This document shows, in pieces, positions 27,941 to 36,739 of a stretch of DNA of 36,739 nucleotides. The stretch is from Candidatus Altiarchaeota archaeon (GTDB lineage: Archaea > Altiarchaeota > Altiarchaeia > IMC4 > SCGC-AAA252-I15): the NCBI GenBank assembly GCA_043800255.1, contig JAZDNF010000014.1, positions 1 to 36,739 of the forward strand, given 5' to 3'. Every line of letters begins with the position of its first letter. Position 1 is the stretch's first letter. The notes below the pieces were generated by a model. It searched no databases, was not told the origin of the DNA, and worked only from the letters and a program-made list of their open reading frames with translations. The translations under genes were made by a program, and so were the position numbers.

Positions 27941-28505
27941 CCCGTATATCCTTTAAAGTGACGAACAGGTAGTACTTGCTTTCGCCCTTAAGCTCCTCCT
28001 TTATCTTGTCAACTAGGACTTTGACAGGGTCGGGCATGCTTTTTACTCTTTCTGCCATATCAGCGAAGCTCTCGAACGGCTTGATATCCCTCTCCGCCAG
28101 TATGTCGGTCCTGTGCCTCTTCCCTATCCTCGGAAGAATCTCGAGCTTGTGCTGCCTTGTGCTTATTATGCTGGCAGTGTTGTAGAATTTTATGAAATCC
28201 GCCTCCCTCGCCAGCACTATCTTGTTCAGGACGTCCGGAATCTCTGACTTGGCTGTAGGCGTCAGCCAATCATATTTTATGCGCCTCTCTATGTGGTCGA
28301 CCTTGTCACGTGTGCCCTCCCCTATGTAGACCCGCTCTCCGACCTCGAAAGTCTGACCGTCCTTTGGAGTCAGCTCCAGAAGGGAGAAGAAGCTCTCGCC
28401 GATAGCCTGCGCCAGGGGTTTCCGTTTGTGCAGGGGCACCTCGGATTTGCCCTTCAGGAGATAATCTAAGATGTAAACGTATTCGTCCTTGTTCACAGTA
28501 ACCAC
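27933..28505 (-). CDS. DUF655 putative RNA-binding protein
   Basis: ILDYL, AQAIGESFFSLLEL, HKLEILPRIGK; follows rpoF. Confidence 0.9.
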   Translation of the reverse strand: MVTVNKDEYVYILDYLLKGKSEVPLHKRKPLAQAIGESFFSLLELTPKDGQTFEVGERVYIGEGTRDKVDHIERRIKYDWLTPTAKSEIPDVLNKIVLAREADFIKFYNTASIISTRQHKLEILPRIGKRHRTDILAERDIKPFESFADMAERVKSMPDPVKVLVDKIKEELKGESKYYLFVTLKDIRDG

Positions 28506-28513
28506 CCCATTGC

Positions 28514-28858
28514 TTACTTATATTGGTTGACGAGGTCTATAATCTTTTTGATTTCAGACTCCTCGTGCCTGAAACGCTCCTTTGAGAAGATGGCCCTCAC
28601 ATCATCCACGTCCTCAGGCATTATGTCAACGATCTTCACAGCCCTCTCAGGAGTGAGATTAAGGCCTAATTCCAGCAGTTTTTTCTTCAGGGACTCTGAA
28701 TCTCTGACGTTGAGCTTCGACGTCGCCTTGGCATGGTCCAACGCCCTCTTCTGCTCGTAGAGAGGCTCCTTCTCCTCGGCCTTGTATTCCTTCTTCTTGT
28801 CCTCGAGTATGCTCTTCACTTGTGCAAGTGCAACAGGTTCCTCACTGATTACTTTCAT
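28514..28858 (-). CDS. rpoF: RNA polymerase subunit Rpo4 (F)
   Basis: YEQKRALDH, AVKIVDIMP; L21e-RpoF-DUF655 synteny. Confidence 0.92.
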   Translation of the reverse strand: MKVISEEPVALAQVKSILEDKKKEYKAEEKEPLYEQKRALDHAKATSKLNVRDSESLKKKLLELGLNLTPERAVKIVDIMPEDVDDVRAIFSKERFRHEESEIKKIIDLVNQYK

Positions 28859-28860
28859 TC

Positions 28861-29148
28861 TTATGCCTCCAGCTTCTTCAGATGCTCTGGTGTGACGAGA
28901 ATCCTCTTCCTGCTTCCGCCGTCCCTGATTTCAAGGTAGTATGCTCTCCCCTGGGAGCCGACAATCATGCCGGTCTTGCCCTGGAATTTCGGATAAGGCA
29001 TGGAACTGTACGATGAATCCAGGACTATGGAGGCCTTGTCGCCCTCCTTGAACTTCTGCATGTACTTTCTTATGCTCACCCTCCGACGGCTCTTCAAGCC
29101 CTTCTTCAGGTTTCTGGTCCTCCTACGCATCCCATGCGAGCCTTTCAT
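28861..29148 (-). CDS. rpl21e: 50S ribosomal protein L21e
   Basis: SHGMRRRTR, FQGKTG, PEHL. Confidence 0.95.
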   Translation of the reverse strand: MKGSHGMRRRTRNLKKGLKSRRRVSIRKYMQKFKEGDKASIVLDSSYSSMPYPKFQGKTGMIVGSQGRAYYLEIRDGGSRKRILVTPEHLKKLEA

Positions 29149-29207
29149 GTCATATCCTCCAGAGAGTAAAATACTTTGAATTGTTAGAATAAAAACTATC
29201 GGTCGGC

Positions 29208-32200
29208 CTATTTTATCGCCACGGTGACCTTTTCGCCCTCGAAATCGAAGGTTAAGCCTTCGATTCTGTCAGCTGGCCCTATTTTGTCGGCCCTGACCTC
29301 GTTTTTTATGTACTCTGCGTGGGCTTTCAATACCCTGTCAACGCTCTTCCCTTTGGAGATCAGCACATTGATCCTGTCAAGCTCCTCCAGATTCCTTTTT
29401 TTCCTGAGCTCCTGGACGTTTCTGATGATGTCTCTCGCTAGAGCCTCGTCCATGAGGCTCTCATCCCTTTTTGCGTCTATGCTCACAAGGCCGTTACAAT
29501 TCTCAACGTTGAATGCCGAGCATCTCATGCCTTCAGGGGAGTTTATCCTCACTTCCAGTATCATCTCAGGCTTTATTGTGTATGCACCTAAGCTTAGGGG
29601 CGTCTTCTTCTCGAATGCCTCCCTGAGCCTGCCGGCGTTCTCCTTGAAGAGTTTGACGACCTTTGGCGTGTCCTTCCCGAATGCCGGGCCGAGCTCCTTG
29701 AAATTGGGGACGACCTCGTATTCTACGCCTGCTATGCTGTCAGCGTAGTCGACTGATTTGCAGTTGAGCTGTTTTTTTATCACATCCTCGAAGCTTCTCA
29801 CAGCCTCCCTGACGTTCTCGTCACCTGACACGGTGACACTCCGCAAAGGATGCCTCAGTTTTATGCCAGCCTCCTGCCTGAGGCTGCTGCCTGCCTCGAA
29901 CATCTTCCTGACAATCCTCATCTGCAGCTCAAGCTCTGGCTCTGTTTTCCCGGCCTCGGGCCAGCCCTGCAGGTGGACGCTCTCGCCTGGGTTGAACTTT
30001 TGGAATATCTCCTCTGCCATGAACGGCGCGAGAGGAGCCATGGCAACGGAAAGCTTTCTTGTGACCTCCAGCAGCGTCAGATACGCTGACAGCTTTTTGG
30101 GGTGCATCCTGCCCATGTCCTCAAGCCATAGCCTGTCCCTTATCAGCTTGATGTACCATCTCGACAGGTCCTCTACTATGAAATCCGAGATGTCCTTCAC
30201 CATAATGTGATAATTGTTGGACTCCATTGACGCTTCCAGCTTCAACACCAGGCTGTTGGCAGACGACAGTATCCACCTGTCCTCTACGCTGTAGTCAGGT
30301 TTCCCGTATTTCTTCGTCGCGTCAAATTCGTCCAAAACCATGTACCTGACCATGAAACTGTAGCAGTTCCACAGTGTCCTCAGCATCGGGATGACCGACT
30401 CATTGAGGCTCTCGACCCCGAACCGTTTCACGTTCCATGGAGCGGTCTGGCACATGTGAATCCTCACCGCATCAGCCCCGGCGGTGTTGAAAAGCTCCCA
30501 CGGGTCTACGATGTTGTTGTTGCTTTTGCTCATCTTCTCGCCCTTGTCGTCCAATAGTAGGCCGCCGACAACGCAGTTCTTGTAGGCCGGCTTGTCGAAC
30601 AATATGGTTGAAAGAGCCAGCAGCGTATAAAACCATCCTCTCGTCTGGTCTGTGGCCTCGCTTATGAAATCGTAGGGGAACGAGCTTTCAAAGAGCTTTT
30701 TGTTCTCGAAAGGATAATGGAACTGCGCGAAGGTCGCTGCCCCGGAATCGTACCAGCAGTCTATCACATAATCCACCCTGGACATCTCCCCCCCGCATTC
30801 GCATTTGAGCTTTATTTTGTCGACATAGGGCCTGTGAAGGTCTGAGTCCTCCTCAACTTTTCCTACGGCGCTCTCGATGAGCTCCTTCCTCGAGCCCACC
30901 ACCTTAACCTTGCTGCAGTTGCACTTCCAGATTGGCAGCGGCGTGCCCCAGAACCTGTTCCTCGAGAGCGACCAGTCTTTGATGTTCTCAAGCCAGTTCC
31001 CGAACCTGCCTGCTTTCATGTGCTCAGGGTACCAGTTTATCGTCTGGTTGTTCTTCAGCAGCTTGTCCCTCATCAGTTCCATGCCGATGAACCAGGACTC
31101 CATCGCATAGTAGAGGAGCGGCGTCTGGCATCTCCAGCAGAAGGGATAATCGTGCTTGTAAGGGTATTTCGCAACCAGGTAGCCCATCTCATCCAGTATC
31201 CTTATGATCTTCTCATCAGCGTCCTTCGCGAAGAGGCCTTCAAGTTCCGGGATATCTTTTGTGAATTTCCCGCTCTCGTCTATCGGGTTGACCAGAGGCA
31301 GGTCATTGTCCTTCCCCGCATTGTAGTCGTCCTCGCCGAACGCCGGCGCGATGTGGACTATGCCTGTGCCCTCCTCTATGGTGACGAAGTCTCCGACTAT
31401 TATCCTCCACGCAGGCTTGTCCAGTTTGTTCACAAAGTGGTTGAAGAGCGGATGGTACTCTAAGCCCTCAAGCTCCTTTCCAGGCATCTCCTCCAGAATC
31501 TCAGCCTCAGGGAACTTCTTCTCAGCCAGCTCCCTGGCGAGGACGTACTTTTCTCCCCGGTATAGGATGACCGCATACTTCACTGAGGGGTTCACAGCCA
31601 ACGCTAGGTTCGATAGCAGAGTCCACGGCGTCGTAGTCCATGCGAGGAAACTGTAATCCTTCTCCTTGGCCCTGAAGGCGACTATGACAGTCTCCTCCTC
31701 CACCTCCTTGTAGCCTAATGCCACCTCGTGGCTGCTCAGGGGCGTGCCGCATCTCGGACAGTAGGGGACGACCTTGTGGCCCTCATATAGCAGATTCTTC
31801 TGGTGTATCTCCTTCAGAGACCACCATACTGACTCAATGTAGTCGTTGTCCATGGTTATGTAAGGCTCCTTGAGGTCGACCCAGTATGCCATCCTCTCCG
31901 TCAGGAGGTCCCACTCTTGTATGTGGCTGAAGACGCTGTTCCTGCACTCTTCAACGAACCTGTCGACGCCGTACTCCATAATCTCCTTCTTGGAGTTCAA
32001 TTTCAGCTTCTTCTCAATCTGGACTTCAACAGGGAGGCCGTGACAGTCCCAGCCGGCCTTTCTCGGCACAGAGCATCCCCGCATGTAATTGTACCTGTTG
32101 ACCAGGTCCTTGAAGACTCTGACTTCTACATGATGGAGAGCAGGCGGAGCATTCGCTGTCGGCGGGCCCTCAAGGAAGGAGAAAAGCCTGCCCGTTCTCC

Positions 32201-32294
32201 TCTCCAGGGTCTTCTCAGGCACCCTCTCTCTCTTCCAGCAGCTCAGGACTCTCTCCTCCAGCTCCTTAGGGTTGTATTCTCCAACAGGTTCCAT
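29208..32294 (-). CDS. ileS: Isoleucyl-tRNA synthetase (type 2, ALHH motif)
   Basis: GPPTAN..ALHH, GWDCHGLP, WTTTPWT, SRNRFWGTP, DQTRGWF, KMSKS. Confidence 0.96.
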   Translation of the reverse strand: MEPVGEYNPKELEERVLSCWKRERVPEKTLERRTGRLFSFLEGPPTANAPPALHHVEVRVFKDLVNRYNYMRGCSVPRKAGWDCHGLPVEVQIEKKLKLNSKKEIMEYGVDRFVEECRNSVFSHIQEWDLLTERMAYWVDLKEPYITMDNDYIESVWWSLKEIHQKNLLYEGHKVVPYCPRCGTPLSSHEVALGYKEVEEETVIVAFRAKEKDYSFLAWTTTPWTLLSNLALAVNPSVKYAVILYRGEKYVLARELAEKKFPEAEILEEMPGKELEGLEYHPLFNHFVNKLDKPAWRIIVGDFVTIEEGTGIVHIAPAFGEDDYNAGKDNDLPLVNPIDESGKFTKDIPELEGLFAKDADEKIIRILDEMGYLVAKYPYKHDYPFCWRCQTPLLYYAMESWFIGMELMRDKLLKNNQTINWYPEHMKAGRFGNWLENIKDWSLSRNRFWGTPLPIWKCNCSKVKVVGSRKELIESAVGKVEEDSDLHRPYVDKIKLKCECGGEMSRVDYVIDCWYDSGAATFAQFHYPFENKKLFESSFPYDFISEATDQTRGWFYTLLALSTILFDKPAYKNCVVGGLLLDDKGEKMSKSNNNIVDPWELFNTAGADAVRIHMCQTAPWNVKRFGVESLNESVIPMLRTLWNCYSFMVRYMVLDEFDATKKYGKPDYSVEDRWILSSANSLVLKLEASMESNNYHIMVKDISDFIVEDLSRWYIKLIRDRLWLEDMGRMHPKKLSAYLTLLEVTRKLSVAMAPLAPFMAEEIFQKFNPGESVHLQGWPEAGKTEPELELQMRIVRKMFEAGSSLRQEAGIKLRHPLRSVTVSGDENVREAVRSFEDVIKKQLNCKSVDYADSIAGVEYEVVPNFKELGPAFGKDTPKVVKLFKENAGRLREAFEKKTPLSLGAYTIKPEMILEVRINSPEGMRCSAFNVENCNGLVSIDAKRDESLMDEALARDIIRNVQELRKKRNLEELDRINVLISKGKSVDRVLKAHAEYIKNEVRADKIGPADRIEGLTFDFEGEKVTVAIK

Positions 32295-32390
32295 TTTAAG
32301 AAGACTTAATATTTAATCGCGTTGGTTTATAATGTTCACTATTTATACCGTTTTCCAAGTTTTAAGCGTTCTATCCCATCTTTATTACCT

Positions 32391-33335
32391 ATGGAACTGC
32401 CGTGGACTGAGAAGTACAGGCCTAAGAAACTTGATGACATAGTCGGCCAGGATGCCATAGTAGAGCGGCTTAAGGCCTACGTGAAGGCCAAGTCCATGCC
32501 CCACCTCTGCTTCGCAGGGCCTGCGGGAGTGGGCAAGACTACCGCAGCCATGTGCATAGCGTCAGAGCTTTTTGGGGACATCTCCCACGATTGGCTGGAG
32601 CTGAACGCCTCCGATGAGAGGGGCATCGACGTCGTCAGAACCAAGATAAAGGATTTCGCGAGGACTAGGCCGATAGGTGGGGACTTCAAGATAATATTCA
32701 TGGACGAGTCCGACTCGCTCACGCCTGAAGCGCAGAACGCCCTGCGCAGGACCATGGAATCCTACACCAAAACGTGCAGGTTCATACTAAGCTGCAACTA
32801 TTCCTCAAAGATTATCGAACCCATACAGAGCAGGTGCGCGATATTCAGGTTCAAGAGGCTTACGAAGGAGTCGGTATCAGACTACCTGAGGGACATACTC
32901 AAAAAAGAGAATGTGGAGTACACTGACGGCGGCATAGGATCCATAATCTATGTCGCAGAGGGCGACATGAGGCGCGCCATAAACCTGCTGCAGTCCTGCG
33001 CAACATACGGCGCAGTCAGCGAGGAGAACGTCTACAAGACAGCCACCCAGGCGAGGCCTGACGACATAAAGGACCTGATGAACCTGGCTCTCGCAGGGAA
33101 GTTCTTGGACGCCAGGAACCTGCTGGACAAGCTGATGCTCTCACACGGCCTCTCAGGGGAGGACATACTGCTGCAGATGAACCGCGAGGCCATGAACCTC
33201 AAAGTTGACGACAAAATCAAGGTCAAAATCATAGACCTCGTCGGAGAGTCTAACTTCACGCTCGTCGAAGGCGCCAACGAGAGGATACAGTTGGAGGCTC
33301 TGCTGGCCAGGATAATGTCTTTGAACATAAAATGA
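32391..33335 (+). CDS. rfcS: Replication factor C small subunit (no intein)
   Basis: PWTEKYRP, GPAGVGKT, ELNASDERG, AQNALRRTME, SRC. Confidence 0.96.
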   Translation: MELPWTEKYRPKKLDDIVGQDAIVERLKAYVKAKSMPHLCFAGPAGVGKTTAAMCIASELFGDISHDWLELNASDERGIDVVRTKIKDFARTRPIGGDFKIIFMDESDSLTPEAQNALRRTMESYTKTCRFILSCNYSSKIIEPIQSRCAIFRFKRLTKESVSDYLRDILKKENVEYTDGGIGSIIYVAEGDMRRAINLLQSCATYGAVSEENVYKTATQARPDDIKDLMNLALAGKFLDARNLLDKLMLSHGLSGEDILLQMNREAMNLKVDDKIKVKIIDLVGESNFTLVEGANERIQLEALLARIMSLNIK

Positions 33336-34606
33336 CAGGCCTCTTCGGCACATCAGGAATCAGGCGCAAGATTTCGGAACTGCCGCCTGAGTTCGCGGTC
33401 AACCTGGGGAGGGCGTTAGGCGCATACGCAAAGTCGGAGAATGTTGTCGTCGGACGGGACACCAGAAAATCAGGCCCGCTGCTGGAATCATCATTCATCT
33501 CCGGGCTGCTGTCAGCAGGCAAGAATGTCTTGGAACTGGGAGTCGTCCCAACGCCAACCGTGGGAGTCGGAACCTCAGAGCACGGCGCAGGGGTCATGAT
33601 AACAGCATCCCACAATCCTCCTGAGTACAACGGCTTCAAGTTCTGGGACAAAAATGGGGCTTTCTCCAAAAACCAGGAGGAAGAGCTTGAGAGCGTATTC
33701 ATAGGGAAAAAGTTCGCCGAAGGCAAACCTGGGGAGGTTCGAAGGGGGGAGTACATCAGGGAGCACATCAAGCTCATACTCAGAAGGGTTGGAACCGCGG
33801 AGGACGTCAAAGTCATGTTAGACTGCTCCGGAGGGTCTGGCTCTACAGTAACCCCATTGCTCCTGGAGGAGATGGGATGCAAGGTGAAGGTGATAAACGA
33901 CAACAGGGACGGCAGATTCCCCCATCCGCTGGAGCCTACGAAGGAGAACCTGGAGGACACCTGCAGCATAGTAAAAAAAGAGGGCGTTGACATCGCGTTC
34001 GCCCACGACGGCGACGCTGACAGGACGTGCGCGATAGACGGCAACGGGAATCTGATAGAGTGGGACACCTTCCTGACAGTGCTGGCCTCACAGAGCAAGA
34101 AGGTTGTGACAACAGTTGACGCTTCCATGCGGATCGAGGAATTCTGCGACAAAGTCTACAGGGTCCCAGTAGGCGACGTCGCAGTCGCTGACGGCATACG
34201 CAAGTACGGAGCAGGCTTCGGGGGCGAACCCAGCGGGACTTACATCTTCCCGGACGTTCACATATTCCCCGATGGCATAGCGACCGTCGGCAAGGCTTTG
34301 AAACTTGCCGCAGAGGGCGTATTCTACAAACTGGTCGAGGAAATCCCGACCTATCCGATGGAGAGGGTGAAGATCCCCTGCAGGCAGGCTGACAAGCAGA
34401 AGATCATGGGCAACCTGGAGAAAAATTTGAAAGGACTGGACTACTCCGACATCGATGGAATCCGAATACAAGAAGACGACGGGTGGATTCTCATCAGGCC
34501 CTCAGGGACGGAAGACTATGTCAGGATAACGGCAGAAGCGAAGACGCAGAAAAAACTGGACGAACTGGTGAAGAAAGGCAAACAGTGGATCAAAGAATCA
34601 TGTTAG
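33332..34606 (+). CDS. glmM: Phosphoglucosamine/phosphomannomutase family phosphohexomutase
   Basis: FGTSGIR, TASHNP, DGDADR, GEPSG, RPSGTE. Confidence 0.88.
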   Translation: MTGLFGTSGIRRKISELPPEFAVNLGRALGAYAKSENVVVGRDTRKSGPLLESSFISGLLSAGKNVLELGVVPTPTVGVGTSEHGAGVMITASHNPPEYNGFKFWDKNGAFSKNQEEELESVFIGKKFAEGKPGEVRRGEYIREHIKLILRRVGTAEDVKVMLDCSGGSGSTVTPLLLEEMGCKVKVINDNRDGRFPHPLEPTKENLEDTCSIVKKEGVDIAFAHDGDADRTCAIDGNGNLIEWDTFLTVLASQSKKVVTTVDASMRIEEFCDKVYRVPVGDVAVADGIRKYGAGFGGEPSGTYIFPDVHIFPDGIATVGKALKLAAEGVFYKLVEEIPTYPMERVKIPCRQADKQKIMGNLEKNLKGLDYSDIDGIRIQEDDGWILIRPSGTEDYVRITAEAKTQKKLDELVKKGKQWIKESC

Positions 34607-35013
34607 GTGTCGCAGACTACTTGGGCTATCCAGTTCCCGTTTTCTTCTTTTATTAAAAGTTCGTGATATGTTACGGCCTTCACCTCGGAGTTGAACCTGA
34701 ACTTTCCTGTAAGCTTCTCGCAGTCGAAAGATGCTGTCAGCCTGTTCCCCTCGACTCTGACGGAGAAGTTCCCGGACACCAGGTTTTCGGCGTAGAGCAG
34801 GTACAGGAGCTCGGAAAGCCAGTCATGCAGTAATGTTTCATTGTCCTTCGCCTCCAGGCGGACCTCCCTTCGACCGACCCTCTCGACGTTATAGTCTCCG
34901 AACATCGCGGTGAACATCGCGTTAGCGGCGTTGGAAAAACACTCTCCGATGCTTTTGCCATAGGCCCTGAACTTCAGGTCTCCTGTGCGCTCCAGAAACT
35001 CGAAACCTTTCAT
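34603..35013 (-). CDS. Archease (RtcB cofactor)
   Basis: FEFLERTGD, LHDWLSELLY, EVKAVTYH, C-terminal VVCDT; GGTGA SD. Confidence 0.9.
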   Translation of the reverse strand: MKGFEFLERTGDLKFRAYGKSIGECFSNAANAMFTAMFGDYNVERVGRREVRLEAKDNETLLHDWLSELLYLLYAENLVSGNFSVRVEGNRLTASFDCEKLTGKFRFNSEVKAVTYHELLIKEENGNWIAQVVCDT

Positions 35014-35022
35014 GTGAAGAAT

Positions 35023-35095
35023 CACCAGTCAGCACTAAGAAACCTTTGGTTTCTTGTGCGCGGTAACCGCTGCGCGGTTCCCCGCGAGACTGGTG
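35023..35095 (-). ncRNA. Three-way-junction RNA overlapping the archease SD
   Basis: P1 CACCAGTC/GACTGGTG; P2 GCGG..AACCGC-GCA-GCGGTT.CCGC; P3 GCACAAGAAACC-AAA-GGTTTCTT.GTGC. Confidence 0.65.
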
Positions 35096-35123
35096 GAATG
35101 GTGCGTTTCAAAAGTAGCCTGGA

Positions 35124-35309
35124 CTACAAGTCCTTGTCGAGGACTTCCAGTATCGGGGTCTTTACGACGGCCTTGCCACCTCTGGGCTCGGCCAGAACCC
35201 TCTCGCATACCAGGCATTTGACGACGGTTGACGCGCAGCCGAATATCACCTGCTCGTTCCCGCAGTCGTTGCATGTTACCCTCAGGAATCTGCTCTTAGT
35301 GTCTCCCAT
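35124..35309 (-). CDS. rps27e: 30S ribosomal protein S27e
   Basis: [18 protein letters not shown]...CLVC...PRGGKA. Confidence 0.95.
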   Translation of the reverse strand: MGDTKSRFLRVTCNDCGNEQVIFGCASTVVKCLVCERVLAEPRGGKAVVKTPILEVLDKDL

Positions 35310-35310
35310 T

Positions 35311-35595
35311 TTAGCTCTTTACCTCGGTAGTCTTCTTTGTCCTGGCTTTGTAGTGCTTCTGATGGGACTTGCCGCATACCTTGCACTTGAGGAGCAGGAC
35401 AACCCTCTTCCCCACCTTGTAAACCGGCTTTTTCGGAGTACGCGGAGAGCCACCGTATCCTCTCTTGACTTCGGTGTACTTACGCCTGCCCCTTGTCATC
35501 GTCCGCTCCTTTCCCTTTTTTGCAACCCTGACCTGGTGTTCAGTGTGCTTGTTGCAGTGCGGACAATGCGTTCTCAAAGTCTGTGGGACTTTCAT
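35311..35595 (-). CDS. rpl44e: 50S ribosomal protein L44e (eL42)
   Basis: [20 protein letters not shown]. Confidence 0.95.
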   Translation of the reverse strand: MKVPQTLRTHCPHCNKHTEHQVRVAKKGKERTMTRGRRKYTEVKRGYGGSPRTPKKPVYKVGKRVVLLLKCKVCGKSHQKHYKARTKKTTEVKS

Positions 35596-35637
35596 CTTGA
35601 ATGTATCTTAAGAATAGGGCAGTTTAGTATAAAAAGG

Positions 35638-36141
35638 CTAGAGTCTTTCAGCGTATCCTCTCTCGATGAGTATCCTCGCGTTTTCTGCCGGCAGCTGAAC
35701 AACGACATCCTTGGTGAACGGACCGTAGTCATTCATGTCAGGGCCGACTATGGAGGGGACTGCCTTCAGTATCTTCACCATCAGTTTCTCCGAAACGGGT
35801 GGAGGCTCCTCAGCCTCCTCTTCGACCACTTTCTGCTCTATTATGGACTTCCTGTGGGACTTCAGGACTCCGACAACGCGGTCGTAGAAGTCTTTCTCGA
35901 GGGGGATTATGTTCGACGGAGTCGCAGCGTAGTCCTCTGTGCGGAGGGAGTGCATGACTACCTTGTTCTTCCTCCGCTCGTAGATGTCATCAATAAGCGT
36001 TGCAAGGTATTTGCCATGCGACTCCTCGACCTTTGAGACGAGCTCCTTAACGTCCGCGTAGAAGGTCTCGGGAATCTTCTGCAGTGTCGGGGAGTTCTTC
36101 TCGCTCCGGTATATTCTGACAATGTCCTCGTAGGTTAGCAT
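35638..36141 (-). CDS. GINS complex subunit (Gins51-type)
   Basis: EKNSPTLQKIPETFY, RRKNK, C-terminal B domain VGPDMNDYGPF...NARILIERGYAE. Confidence 0.85.
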   Translation of the reverse strand: MLTYEDIVRIYRSEKNSPTLQKIPETFYADVKELVSKVEESHGKYLATLIDDIYERRKNKVVMHSLRTEDYAATPSNIIPLEKDFYDRVVGVLKSHRKSIIEQKVVEEEAEEPPPVSEKLMVKILKAVPSIVGPDMNDYGPFTKDVVVQLPAENARILIERGYAERL

Positions 36142-36142
36142 C

Positions 36143-36739
36143 TTACAGGTATGATGTTCCAGATTTCCCGTACTCGGGGCTTATGACCGCGTCCTTTTCC
36201 ATGCCCTTCCACACGCTGCCGTAGCGCTCGTGCAGCTGGTACTCTATCGGCTTAGACTCTTCTATGCTCTCCTTTATGTGCTTAGCCTCTATGTATTCTG
36301 ACTTCTCAAGTATCGCGAAATCGCCGCCCATCCTGACAACGCCCCCCAAGTCCCTAAGCCTGAGGGTGAGCGACCCACGTGCGTCGTCTATGACCTTGGC
36401 CCTCTTCCTGGCCTCCTCTACTATGAGCTCCACAGCCTCCCTCGTGGCGTGAGGTATCTTTCCGTCCTTGATTATCTCTTGAGCGATGAACCGCGCCATC
36501 AGGTTCTGGTTCTCGTCTGTGTCGGCTATGAAAGTCTCCAGCAGGATTTCGTATCCGTTGCCCAGTATTCTTGACCTCAATGGAGAGAGCAGATCCTGAA
36601 CGTCTCGTATGTTGCATGCTCCTACGAATATGAAGTCGCAGGGCACGTCCTCGACTTTGACTGAGGCGCCGGCCGACTGCGGGTTCCTCCCTATTATGGG
36701 AAACTTCCTCTCCTGCATCGCGGTGAGGATGAAATTCTG
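36143..36739 (-). CDS. LonB-type AAA+ ATPase, 5' end beyond window, no protease domain
   Basis: Open to the window edge (QNFILTAMQERKFPI..., VPCDFIFVGACN, LRSRILGNGYE, LTLRLRDLGG). Confidence 0.85.
   Translation of the reverse strand, partial: QNFILTAMQERKFPIIGRNPQSAGASVKVEDVPCDFIFVGACNIRDVQDLLSPLRSRILGNGYEILLETFIADTDENQNLMARFIAQEIIKDGKIPHATREAVELIVEEARKRAKVIDDARGSLTLRLRDLGGVVRMGGDFAILEKSEYIEAKHIKESIEESKPIEYQLHERYGSVWKGMEKDAVISPEYGKSGTSYL

Noticed and set aside
33256-34152. 298-aa minus-strand ORF
   Set aside because: Ser-rich antisense shadow of glmM.
35014-36036. 340-aa plus-strand ORF
   Set aside because: Antisense to GINS, L44e, S27e and the structured element, with no recognisable motifs; a shadow ORF.

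Overview
Archaeal chromosomal window of mostly core genes. I found no CRISPR array, IS element or prophage. It holds (i) the 5' part of an S-layer/hamus-like surface protein gene that runs off the left edge and is missing from the ORF track, preceded by a membrane-anchored wHTH regulator; (ii) ttuA, hel308, a nitroreductase, leuD/leuC split by an inserted membrane gene, pgk, fae-hps and eno; (iii) the tRNA-Ser(intron)-S13-S4-S11-RpoD-tRNA-Leu-L18e-L13-S9-RpoN-RpoK-S2 operon; (iv) MBL/HAD/Fe-ADH/ABCE1; (v) L21e-RpoF-DUF655-ferredoxin-Alba-NusA-like-aspS; (vi) ileS, rfcS, glmM, archease, S27e, L44e, GINS and a LonB-type ATPase with no protease domain. The gene content suggests an Altiarchaeota/DPANN-related organism (inference). 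The best leads are a three-way-junction RNA that buries the archease ribosome-binding site, a guanylate-kinase-like protein with an AT-rich 87-codon in-frame insertion, an IleRS with the ALHH signature motif linked to mupirocin hyper-resistance, hairpins mimicking the acceptor strand upstream of both tRNAs, and a prepilin-peptidase-like protein lacking GxGD. All product calls come from motif recognition by eye, not from database searches.
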